Below, piece by piece: positions 49,763-58,983 of a stretch of 64,000 nt of DNA (positions within the stretch are counted from its first letter, which is position 1; every line of letters begins with the position of its first letter). The stretch lies in NCBI GenBank assembly GCA_013824245.1, contig PNNN01000051.1, positions 53,415 through 117,414 on the forward strand, read 5' to 3'. The translations under genes and the position numbers were made by a program. This DNA is from Chlorobiaceae bacterium. Lineage in GTDB: Bacteria; Bacteroidota; Ignavibacteria; UBA10030; SZUA-254. Under the pieces are notes generated by a model, which saw only the letters and a list, made by a program, of their open reading frames with translations, was not told the origin of the DNA and did not search any database.

Positions 49763-52700
49763 TTATTTTTGTGCGGAGTTGTCGTTGCCACGAGCAAGAT
49801 GTTCATACATCTTCCAGCGTGTTTCTATGTCGCTTTGAGCGAGAGCGCCTAATTCCTTTGCTCTCTCAGGATAACTTTTTTCGAGCATTTTAAATCGGGT
49901 TTCTAAATCTGTAAATTCTTTTAACTTCCGGCTTGGGGCTTTCGAATCGAGTTTGAAAGGATTTTTTCCCTCAAGTGTCAGCATTGGATTATATCTATAA
50001 AGAGGAAAATAACCAGTCTCCACAGCAAGTTTTTGATTTTGCATTCCGCGCGTCATATTTATACCGTGTGCTATGCAATGGCTATATGCTATGATAATCG
50101 AAGGACCATTATATGCTTCTGCCTCAATGAATACGCGGAGTGTTTGTAGATCGTTCGAGCCCATTGCAACTGTTGCTACATATACATTTCCATACGCCAT
50201 CGCCAAGAGACCTAAATCTTTTTTTGCCGTCGGTTTTCCGTTCGCGGCAAATTTTGCTATCGCTGAACGGGATGTAGCTTTCGACATTTGTCCGCCCGTG
50301 TTAGAATACACTTCGGTATCTAAGACAAGGATATTTACATTTTTGCCAGTAGCAATCACATGATCTAATCCGCCATATCCTATATCATAAGCCCAGCCAT
50401 CTCCACCGATAATCCAAACACTGCGTTTCACGAGATTATCACAAAGACTTAGCAAGCTCTTAGCTTCCGGGGAAGAGATGTTCTTTAATTTATCTTTAAG
50501 AATCTGTACTCTCTCGCGCTGTGTATAAATACCGGCTTCATCTTTTTGATCGGCAGTCAATAACTCGTTTGCAAGTGTTTCGCCGATCTGAGATTTTAAT
50601 TTCTCAACCAACTCTTTTGCCATCTCGGTATGTTTATCGACAGTGAGACGCATTCCAAGACCAAATTCTGCATTGTCTTCAAAAAGTGAATTCGACCATG
50701 TTGGTCCACGACCGTTAATATCTACACAATATGGGGTTGTTGGCAAATTACCGCCATAGATCGATGAACATCCGGTTGCGTTGGCAATGATTGTTCTGTC
50801 GCCAAAAAGTTGTGTAACTAACTTAATATACGGCGTTTCTCCGCATCCGGCACATGCACCTGAATATTCAAACAAGGGACGTAAAAATTGTGAACCTTTA
50901 ATGGTATCTACCTTAACAGTTCGTCTGTCTATATCCGGTATATTCAAAAAGAAATCGTAGTTTAACCGCTCGGATTCACGGATGGGTGGCTGCGGTTTCA
51001 TATTGATAGCTTTCACTTTTGTTTCCGATTTACTCTTTGCCGGACAAATGTCAACGCAAAGACCGCATTCTGTGCAATCTTCAGGTGCGATTTGTATTGT
51101 GTACTTCATTCCTTTGTATTCTGTACCTTTAAAATCGATCGACTTAAATGTGGCAGGAGCTTTATCGAGGAATTTCGAGTCATAAACTTTTGCACGAATT
51201 GCGGCATGAGGACATACCATAACGCACTTATTGCACTGGATGCAAATCTCTGATTCCCAAACCGGAATTTCCAATGCGATGTTTCTCTTTTCCCATTGAG
51301 CTGTGGCTGTTGGGAACGTTCCATCTATCGGCATTGCGCTGACGGGGAGTTCATCACCGTTACCTGCGACTATTTTACCAAGAACATTTTTAACATAATC
51401 GGGGGCTTGGAGCGACACTATCGGAGGCATTTCAATATTGCTTGTAACTTTATCAGGTATCTTCACTTCGAATAGGTTAGCAAGAGTTTGATCAACCGCC
51501 TCGAAATTTTGTGTTACAATATCAGCGCCCTTTTTACCGTAAGTTTTTTCTATTGAATGTTTGATTGCCGCTATCGCGTCATCTTTCGGTAATACACCCG
51601 ATATGGCAAAGAAGCAGGTTTGCATGATTGTATTTATGCGTGTTCCCATGCCGGTTTGTCGTCCGACATTATACGCATCTATTACATAAAGTTTGATCTT
51701 TTTATCAATGATCTGTTTTTGTATATGTCGCGGAAGTTTATCCCACACTTCATTCGGTCCGTATAAACTATTTAAAAGAAATGTTGCGCCTTTAATTGCG
51801 GTTTTAAGTACATCATATTTCTCAAGAAAGAACCATTGATGACATGCGATAAAACTTGCTTTATCGATCAAATATGTTGAGTGAATCGGTCGTGGTCCAA
51901 AACGTAAATGCGATATTGTTGTTGAACCCGATTTTTTTGAATCGTACACGAAATATCCTTGCGCATAAAAATCTGTATCTTCACCGATGATCTTGATCGA
52001 GTTTTTATTGGCGCTAACAGTTCCATCTGCCCCGAGACCAAAGAAAATTGCTCTCACCACATCGTCGGATTCGGTTGTGAATGATAGGTCGTATTCTAAA
52101 CTTGTTTTTGTTACATCATCGTTGATGCCGACATTGAAATGATTTTTGGGTTGTGTTTTTTTCATTTCGTCAAAAACAGTTTTTACCATAGCAGGTGTAA
52201 ATTCTTTTGATGAAAGACCATATCTGCCGCCGATAATTTTAGGATATGAGAATGGCAAATTGTTATTTATGAATGCTTCACTGATTGTAGTTACAACATC
52301 CTGATACAGCGGTTCACCGGTTGCTCCGGGTTCTTTCGTTCGATCTAAAACCGCGATATTCTTAACCGATTTCGGTATTGCTTTTAAGAAATGTTCCATC
52401 GAGAATGGTCGAAATAGACGAACTTTCAACAGCCCGATCTTTTCCCCTTTTTGATTGAGATGTTCTACCGTTTCGTGTGCCGCTTCTGCGCCCGAACCCA
52501 TCATTATAATAATTCGCTCCGCATCAGGCGATCCCACGTATTGAAATAATTCATATTTGCGCCCGACCATTTGTTCGAACTTTCGCATCGTTTTCTCAAT
52601 GATCGCAGGGCAAGCATCGTAAAATGGATTTACGGTTTCTCTTGCCTGAAAGTAGACATCAGGATTTTGGGCGGTGCCGCGAAGAACAGGTCTATCGGGA

Positions 52701-53332
52701 GACATAGCTCTTGAACGATGAGCGCGGATTAATTCATCGTTGATCATTGTCCGCATATCGTCTTCTGTCAGTTGTTCTATCTTCATTACTTCATGAGACG
52801 ACCGAAAACCATCAAAAAAGTGTATGAACGGAATACGCGATTCCAAAGTTGCCGCCTGAGCGATTAATGCGAAGTCCATTATTTCCTGCAGCGAATTTGA
52901 TGACAGCATTGCCCATCCGGTTGATCGCGCAGCCATCACATCGCTGTGTTCTCCAAAAATTGAAAGGGCATGGGTTGCAACAGTTCGCGCGGCGATATGA
53001 AACACTGTCGACGTTAACTCGCCCGCAATCTTGAACATATTCGGTATCATCAACAATAATCCCTGCGCCGATGTGAAAGTCGTTGATAATGCTCCTGTTT
53101 GAAGTGCGCCGTGCACCGCACCAGCCGCTCCTCCTTCACTTTGCATCTCGATCACTTGCGGTATCGTTCCCCACAAATTTCTTTTCCCGAGAGCCGACCA
53201 CTCATCGGACCATTCACCCATATTGGAAGAAGGTGTTATTGGATAGATAGCAATTACTTCATTTGTTTTGTGCGCGACATATGCGGCAGCTTCGTTACCG
53301 TCTATAGTGACCATTGTTCGATTTTGTTTCAT
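49763..53332 (-). CDS. nifJ: Pyruvate:ferredoxin (flavodoxin) oxidoreductase
   Basis: YPITPS, MQSEGGAAG, GLGADGTV, two ferredoxin motifs, GACAGCGE, GGDGWAYDIG and YSNTGGQ. Confidence 0.97.
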   Translation of the reverse strand: MKQNRTMVTIDGNEAAAYVAHKTNEVIAIYPITPSSNMGEWSDEWSALGKRNLWGTIPQVIEMQSEGGAAGAVHGALQTGALSTTFTSAQGLLLMIPNMFKIAGELTSTVFHIAARTVATHALSIFGEHSDVMAARSTGWAMLSSNSLQEIMDFALIAQAATLESRIPFIHFFDGFRSSHEVMKIEQLTEDDMRTMINDELIRAHRSRAMSPDRPVLRGTAQNPDVYFQARETVNPFYDACPAIIEKTMRKFEQMVGRKYELFQYVGSPDAERIIIMMGSGAEAAHETVEHLNQKGEKIGLLKVRLFRPFSMEHFLKAIPKSVKNIAVLDRTKEPGATGEPLYQDVVTTISEAFINNNLPFSYPKIIGGRYGLSSKEFTPAMVKTVFDEMKKTQPKNHFNVGINDDVTKTSLEYDLSFTTESDDVVRAIFFGLGADGTVSANKNSIKIIGEDTDFYAQGYFVYDSKKSGSTTISHLRFGPRPIHSTYLIDKASFIACHQWFFLEKYDVLKTAIKGATFLLNSLYGPNEVWDKLPRHIQKQIIDKKIKLYVIDAYNVGRQTGMGTRINTIMQTCFFAISGVLPKDDAIAAIKHSIEKTYGKKGADIVTQNFEAVDQTLANLFEVKIPDKVTSNIEMPPIVSLQAPDYVKNVLGKIVAGNGDELPVSAMPIDGTFPTATAQWEKRNIALEIPVWESEICIQCNKCVMVCPHAAIRAKVYDSKFLDKAPATFKSIDFKGTEYKGMKYTIQIAPEDCTECGLCVDICPAKSKSETKVKAINMKPQPPIRESERLNYDFFLNIPDIDRRTVKVDTIKGSQFLRPLFEYSGACAGCGETPYIKLVTQLFGDRTIIANATGCSSIYGGNLPTTPYCVDINGRGPTWSNSLFEDNAEFGLGMRLTVDKHTEMAKELVEKLKSQIGETLANELLTADQKDEAGIYTQRERVQILKDKLKNISSPEAKSLLSLCDNLVKRSVWIIGGDGWAYDIGYGGLDHVIATGKNVNILVLDTEVYSNTGGQMSKATSRSAIAKFAANGKPTAKKDLGLLAMAYGNVYVATVAMGSNDLQTLRVFIEAEAYNGPSIIIAYSHCIAHGINMTRGMQNQKLAVETGYFPLYRYNPMLTLEGKNPFKLDSKAPSRKLKEFTDLETRFKMLEKSYPERAKELGALAQSDIETRWKMYEHLARGNDNSAQK

Positions 53333-53390
53333 ATCTGTTAAATCTTGTAGTATTATGTAAGTTTTTTATGATTTGATTGGCTCAGATTAT

Positions 53391-53406
53391 TGCAATAATC
53401 GTTCCA
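53391..53406 (-). promoter_or_regulatory. Sigma54 promoter upstream of nifJ
   Basis: Minus strand TGGAAC-GATTA-TTGCA (GG-N10-GC), about 60 nt upstream of the ATG. Confidence 0.65.
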
Positions 53407-53518
53407 GAGTTATATTGATTTATCTTTAAAATTGCGGGAATAAATAGTAATTTCAGACCTATATTTCTCATTTCTGAAACCAATTAGAACCAATTTTGCA
53501 GTATTGAAATTGAATAAG

Positions 53519-53677
53519 AGAGACTTCTGAATTATTCTTTTTGTCATGTTGAGCGGAGCGAAACATCTCGATTTTAAAGTATTTGAGACCCTTCACTTCC
53601 TGCCCGCCGTCCGATATGGCGGACATTGGCAGGCGGGCGTTCAGGGTGACAGTCGGAGAGATTTTTCAGAAGTCTCT
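53519..53677. repeat. Nested palindromic (REP/MITE-like) element
   Basis: Perfect 13-bp outer inverted repeat AGAGACTTCTGAA/TTCAGAAGTCTCT; inner TGTCATGTTGAGCGGAGCGAAACATCTC...GAGACCCTTCACTTC[insert]GTTCAGGGTGACA; GC-rich hairpin insert at 53599-53638. Confidence 0.75.
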
Positions 53678-53792
53678 AAGAATTAATTCAATAAAATATT
53701 TATTGATCAGCGGTGAACGCAAAATCTGACTTAGCAATTGTTTAATCCGCTTTAGAGTTACGTTTTGGCGGAGGAGAAGTGTGGGTACAATT

Positions 53793-53828
53793 CCCCGCCG
53801 CTCGTCTACGATTCGTGGAGCGGCGAGG
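53793..53828. repeat. GC-rich hairpin (REP-like or terminator)
   Basis: CCCCGCCGCTC ... GAGCGGCGAGG. Confidence 0.5.
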
Positions 53829-53910
53829 CAGTACATTGGTTATTATCTTAGGACGGCCTATTAAGCTCCATAAATCCCAAAGATTAAAAGAGAATGAAAA
53901 TAGATTATCG

Positions 53911-55074
53911 TTATCTTACAAAATATTCTGCAATCACCTTCTGCCAACTCACATCGGAAAGTTCTTCAAGTTGCCCGATATAAATCTGACCCTCTTCTAT
54001 ATATTCACCTTCTCGTTTTTCGGATTTCAATATATCCTTTATTAATATTTTGCAATTTTCAATATCATTCTGGAATAAAGCAACAGCAGATTTACCGATG
54101 TACATTCCTTTAATTTCGTCATCTATTTTATCCGTATCAAGAGCGCAAATCCAATTTCTTTCATAAGGGGTCATCTCTAGTGCCACAAGATTTCTCAGCA
54201 AAACTGTATTTACCTGTGATACTTTTCCGGTAATTGGAGAATTAAAAGTAACGCTTCTGCCTCCTTGCTTCACCGTAAATAGCGGCTGACCAGCTTTTAT
54301 GTTCATACCAAGATTTGGAAGTTCAATCGAATCTATTTTGCCAATTAATTTTTTAGCAAAGTCATCTATGCCAATTTTTGTAATTCCTTCTTGATTGATG
54401 CTAAACCATGTATGATTCTTAGCTATGAATACACCGCCGGGAATTGAAAACTCTCCTTTGATAAAATCATGCGAGGCTGGAAGATGAGTGATATGCACAT
54501 TAGGTTTGAGTTGCTTCTGGATTTTATCCTGTCTTTTAATTAATATTTTCTTCACGAAGGCAAGAAGCTCGTCTTCGGTAAATGGTTTTTGGACATAATC
54601 CATTACACCATATTTCATCGTTTCAACAGCAGTTTCCACAGAAGCGTATCCTGTAATAATAATTACATCTATGTCGGGGCGTAAATGTTTTACCGACTTT
54701 GTCACTTCAACTCCATCCATGAGTGGCATTTTGAGATCGGTAAAAACAAAATCGTAATGACGTTTTTGTATCAAACCGAGAGCTTCCTGACCTGTTTCTA
54801 CAGTATCTATAGAGTAACCGTCAAGCACAAGAATTTTTCTGAAGCTGCCAAGAATAACTTCCTCATCATCAACACAAAGAATTTTAGCTTTTGGATTTCC
54901 GACTTCAGCACGTTTTAATGTTTTTGCCTCGCTGGTAAAATCTAGCTTAAGACTTTCCTGTAAAACAATTTCACGCTCTTTCTTTAACTTATTTTCGGTT
55001 AAGCGCTTGCTAATCATACGGATCAAGATATCAGCAATGATGAATATAATTACTGCAAGTATTAATAATGCCAT
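53911..55074 (-). CDS. Membrane-anchored response regulator: TM + receiver + GcvH-like domain
   Basis: N-terminal hydrophobic helix; CVDDE/TDLKMP/TGY/QKPF receiver motifs; HTW...IGIDDFA...SPITGKV...N...PYERNWI H-protein fold. Confidence 0.88.
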   Translation of the reverse strand: MALLILAVIIFIIADILIRMISKRLTENKLKKEREIVLQESLKLDFTSEAKTLKRAEVGNPKAKILCVDDEEVILGSFRKILVLDGYSIDTVETGQEALGLIQKRHYDFVFTDLKMPLMDGVEVTKSVKHLRPDIDVIIITGYASVETAVETMKYGVMDYVQKPFTEDELLAFVKKILIKRQDKIQKQLKPNVHITHLPASHDFIKGEFSIPGGVFIAKNHTWFSINQEGITKIGIDDFAKKLIGKIDSIELPNLGMNIKAGQPLFTVKQGGRSVTFNSPITGKVSQVNTVLLRNLVALEMTPYERNWICALDTDKIDDEIKGMYIGKSAVALFQNDIENCKILIKDILKSEKREGEYIEEGQIYIGQLEELSDVSWQKVIAEYFVR

Positions 55075-55112
55075 GGCGTTTCTCCTAAAAAGAATAATTT
55101 GTTAAACTTTTA

Positions 55113-55934
55113 TTAAGTACGAATCTGCATTCTATCTGAACTGCAAGGAACTAAATTTTTAATTTCATAACCAAGGTCATGAGGTATAACGCGATATACC
55201 CATCCTTCAAAGTAAGGATCTTTTTCGATCAGGTTAGAAACTAATTTAAGATTTTTATTCACATCAATTATTCTGCCTGAAACGGGAGAATGAATTTTAT
55301 GTATTCTCTCATCCCTTGATTTGATTGTAAGACAACTAATGCCTTGTGCGACCTCATTTTCAAGATCGAGAAATTCGATTTCTGCAACTGAATCAATTGT
55401 TGCAAGAAAAAAATCGCAAACACCTATTAAAACCGATCCATCCCTTTCTTCAAACAGCCAGCTTGAATGACCGAGACGATAATATTTTGCTGGGCAGTCA
55501 ACATAATATAATTCATTTTTTTGATCTTTTATTAACGATTGTTTTTGCTTCTTGTTAATTTGCTGATATTTGTTCGCGCGATAAATTGAACTCAGCAATT
55601 CGTCCACGGTAAATGGTTTGGGAATAAAATCTATTGCACCCCGGTAAAGTGAATTAACAGCGTTTTCAACAGTTGAATAGCCTGTCATCATTATTAAAGC
55701 GCTGTCGATATTTCTCTTTTGAAGCTCATTTAAAATCTGGAAACCATCACCATCGGGCATCATAATATCGCAGATGATAATAGAGTAATATTTTTTTGAG
55801 ATTTTATCAATTGCAGCCGTTACATTTAAAGCAGTATCAATTGAATAATTTTCGAGTGAGCAGATTTTAACCACTCCATCTATTATTACACTCTCATCAT
55901 CAATGACCAATATGTTCGATTGTTTATTCATCAA
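55113..55934 (-). CDS. Response regulator: receiver + GcvH-like domain
   Basis: VIDDE/CDIMMP/TGY/PKPF receiver motifs; HSSW...IGVCDFF...SPVSGRI..VN...DPYFEGWV H-protein fold. Confidence 0.88.
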   Translation of the reverse strand: MMNKQSNILVIDDESVIIDGVVKICSLENYSIDTALNVTAAIDKISKKYYSIIICDIMMPDGDGFQILNELQKRNIDSALIMMTGYSTVENAVNSLYRGAIDFIPKPFTVDELLSSIYRANKYQQINKKQKQSLIKDQKNELYYVDCPAKYYRLGHSSWLFEERDGSVLIGVCDFFLATIDSVAEIEFLDLENEVAQGISCLTIKSRDERIHKIHSPVSGRIIDVNKNLKLVSNLIEKDPYFEGWVYRVIPHDLGYEIKNLVPCSSDRMQIRT

Positions 55935-55940
55935 TCAAAC

Positions 55941-57812
55941 TTACTTCTGCTGTGTAAGTGGAAGCCGGATAATAAAAGTAGTACCTTTTTCTTCTTCGCT
56001 TTCAACGCTTATAGTTCCATTATGATTATCGATTATTCCCCAGATTACAGCCAAACCAAGTCCTGTACCTTTTTGTCCTTTAGTTGAGAAAAATGGCTCA
56101 AAGATTTTTGGAAGATCATCTTTACTAATTCCGCAACCCGTATCGCTGATTCTTATTTCTATATACTCTTTTAATCCCGAAGAATCAACAAAATCCCATT
56201 TCTCCCAGTTACTGTTTTCAGAAGAACATACTTCGTAAACACCCTGCCCGCTTATCTCGAATGCAAGAACAGGCGCGCCGCATTGGGGGCAGGATTTATC
56301 GGGCTGAACAAGCGATGTATCGCAATCCGGGCAAACAAATTTGGTCTCTTTATCTATTTTAACTCCGGGATAATAATGGTTACGATGTTTTCCGTAAACA
56401 GGATCAAGATGAATTATTCCCCCATTGCCGGCAGAAACAACTTTTACTTTCAATGCCGGTAGCCCGTCAATCTTAAAATCGTTATCAATTAGACTGTGAC
56501 GTTTTGGACATGATGCTTTCTTTATCTGAGCAACTCCAAATGGGGAAAGAGAAATTTGTTTTTTAACTATTGTTATTGTTCCACCGTCTTTGCCAATTGC
56601 ATCTGACGCATTTACAAAAAGGTTGATGAATACTTGTTGAATTTGATTTGAATCGACAGTTATTGGGGGAAGATTGTTTTCCGACTTTCTGATAATTTTT
56701 ATTTTTTTTACCGACAACTGTTTTTCAACTACAATGATTGCTTTGTCAATAATTTCATTCAAATTTGCATTGCTTTTTCTGGGAACGGACTGCCGAGCAA
56801 AATCCAATAAGCTTTTTACAATTTCCCGGCTTCGTATAGTTTCTCTGACGATAATATTCAGATCTTCCTGAAGTTCGGGGTTATCCTTTGTTCTCTTTAA
56901 AAGAAAGCTGCTGTAAGTCAGGACTCCGGTCAGGGGGTTATTTATTTCGTGAGCAACGCCTGCGGCAAGGCGTCCCAGCGAAGCCATTTTGTCCGATTGA
57001 AAAAGCTGCATGCGTGCTTCTGCGAGCTTCTTTGTCATATTGTTAAATGAAGAACCAAGTTTTCCTATTTCATCATCGCTGAGATCTTTAATGGCATAAT
57101 TCAAATTCCCCTGACTAACCTGTAATGTCGCATTCAACAAATCATTAACGGGATTAGATACCCAGCGTCTTACGAAGAAAGCGATCAATAATCCAACTGC
57201 GATTATTGCAACAATTGCAAAGATCACAATTTCCAATTCTCGTGTAATAATCGCGTTATCAACCTCTGCAAGGGAGATTGAAACATCCAGAACACCAAGA
57301 ACTTTTTGATTTTTCGGATGAGCATGACAGTTCGCCTGCCAACACGATGTTTCGTTGTAAATCGGGGTAATTATTCCAAGAACACGGTTGGAGTCTGGAT
57401 GAATCTTGAATATTCGGGTTCGCTCGGTGATAGAGATCTGCTCTAAAGGTTGATCTTCCGAGTGGCATGCATAACAACTCTCAGCACGCTTATCAACCAT
57501 TTTATTTATGTTTTTAGAATCGGATGAATAAATAATCTCACCGATTTTATTTATGATTCTCACATCTCTTATTTGCGGCTGCGTTCCAATTGAATTAATT
57601 GTCTGTTGAATTCTATCTCTTTGATTTAACATCATATCAAACCGGGTGCTGGATATAACCGTTTCACCAAGCTGATTTGCATGTCGTTCAACTTCAGAAA
57701 TCAAGCTGCTGCTCTGCGATGTAATATTGAAGTATGCAAATACGCCAATTATTACAAGCGATGTTAATGCAACAGCGAATATTAACCGAAATCCAATCTT
57801 CTTAAAAAGCAT
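55941..57812 (-). CDS. Histidine kinase with a periplasmic heme-c sensor, HAMP domain and Cys-rich insertion in the ATPase domain
   Basis: CYACH and CWQANCH between TM1 and TM2; GVAHEINNPL H-box; about 120 aa insertion with CPKRH/CPDC/CPQC between the N-box and DTGCGI; FEPFFSTK and GTGLGL. Confidence 0.92.
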   Translation of the reverse strand: MLFKKIGFRLIFAVALTSLVIIGVFAYFNITSQSSSLISEVERHANQLGETVISSTRFDMMLNQRDRIQQTINSIGTQPQIRDVRIINKIGEIIYSSDSKNINKMVDKRAESCYACHSEDQPLEQISITERTRIFKIHPDSNRVLGIITPIYNETSCWQANCHAHPKNQKVLGVLDVSISLAEVDNAIITRELEIVIFAIVAIIAVGLLIAFFVRRWVSNPVNDLLNATLQVSQGNLNYAIKDLSDDEIGKLGSSFNNMTKKLAEARMQLFQSDKMASLGRLAAGVAHEINNPLTGVLTYSSFLLKRTKDNPELQEDLNIIVRETIRSREIVKSLLDFARQSVPRKSNANLNEIIDKAIIVVEKQLSVKKIKIIRKSENNLPPITVDSNQIQQVFINLFVNASDAIGKDGGTITIVKKQISLSPFGVAQIKKASCPKRHSLIDNDFKIDGLPALKVKVVSAGNGGIIHLDPVYGKHRNHYYPGVKIDKETKFVCPDCDTSLVQPDKSCPQCGAPVLAFEISGQGVYEVCSSENSNWEKWDFVDSSGLKEYIEIRISDTGCGISKDDLPKIFEPFFSTKGQKGTGLGLAVIWGIIDNHNGTISVESEEEKGTTFIIRLPLTQQK

Positions 57813-57843
57813 ATTACGAAATTATTATTCAATTCAAATTTAA

Positions 57844-58983
57844 TTATTTACCAACTAATATCCCTGGTTTTTGCTTTGGATATACAAAGTTTTCGTGGCA
57901 ACCATTGCAGCCGGGTTTAACAGAATAATCATTACCGGCATGGCAATCTTCGCAGCCAAGTTCTGAATGTGGCTCGGTAAGCCGCAAGCCGGTTACATAA
58001 TGCTTAAAGGTTTCTTTTTTCCAGTTCTTATGGCAACTTACACATTGATTATTAAGTTTTTGATATGGCCGCTTTGATCCATGACAATTAATACAAGAAA
58101 GATTAATGTGATGTTTTTTCAGCGCCCACCCAGTTCTCTTCTCATGATTAAATTGTTCAACTTGTTTATCAAGATGACATTTTGCACAGTCATCTTTTGC
58201 GTGACAACTAAAGCATTTTTTATGGTGGTCTTCTAATGATTTTTTCTCCTTTACTAATTTTAATTTATCACTCGATGGATTATTCACATCATGGCATTTC
58301 GTGCAGCTTTCCTGTGCATGGCAGTCAATACAATTTAATTTGAAATTTTTTACGTGGTCGTCATGATAGTAAGTTACAAACTTTCCTTTTTCATAATTTG
58401 TTTCGTAGACAATTTTAGTTGGTTCAGTAACGGGTGGATGAACTTTACCTGCTAATTGTTTTTTCGACTCCTCTTTATGTGATCCTTTTACTTCGCTTAT
58501 TGGAATGTGGCAAGATTTGCAACCTGTTTCATGACTCCACTCTCGATGGCACTCCATACATTGTCTGTGATAAGCGCCTTTCAGATCAAGAATGGCGATA
58601 TTCTCTCGTTGTCTTGAGGGTTCATGACATTTGCTACATTTTAAAATTTGTTCTAAAGTATTGTGATGATGGCAATTCCCACAGCCACCAAGCATTACGG
58701 ACATCTGTGCATGGATCCTGTGTGAAAAATAAACAGGACCAAACCTCTCATTCGCTTGATCAATAATAACAAGTTCATCGGTTTGTTCGGCTTTGAGATA
58801 AACCGTAATCATTTTTTCACGAGGACAAGCTACCCAGCAAGGTTCATCTTTTGTTGGGAGACCACAAGTATGACATGATACACAATTAATGTGCAGCTTC
58901 GCGTGATCTTTACCGGGGCTCTGCTGTGCATAAGTTCCAACTGTAAAAAATAATACAAATATAACGGCAAAAATCTTTTTCAT
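57844..58983 (-). CDS. Periplasmic multiheme cytochrome c3-like protein (13 CxxCH)
   Basis: Signal peptide; 13 CxxCH motifs counted; FSH..H and LKGAYHRQC c3-type motifs. Confidence 0.92.
   Translation of the reverse strand: MKKIFAVIFVLFFTVGTYAQQSPGKDHAKLHINCVSCHTCGLPTKDEPCWVACPREKMITVYLKAEQTDELVIIDQANERFGPVYFSHRIHAQMSVMLGGCGNCHHHNTLEQILKCSKCHEPSRQRENIAILDLKGAYHRQCMECHREWSHETGCKSCHIPISEVKGSHKEESKKQLAGKVHPPVTEPTKIVYETNYEKGKFVTYYHDDHVKNFKLNCIDCHAQESCTKCHDVNNPSSDKLKLVKEKKSLEDHHKKCFSCHAKDDCAKCHLDKQVEQFNHEKRTGWALKKHHINLSCINCHGSKRPYQKLNNQCVSCHKNWKKETFKHYVTGLRLTEPHSELGCEDCHAGNDYSVKPGCNGCHENFVYPKQKPGILVGK

Noticed and set aside
53779-54045. 88-aa plus-strand ORF
   Set aside because: Spans a palindromic repeat and runs antisense into the REC-GcvH gene; no protein-like motif.
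53911-55934. Glycine cleavage system H proteins (gcvH)
   Set aside because: The domains are fused to receivers, lack the lipoyl Lys, and no gcvT/P/L genes are nearby.
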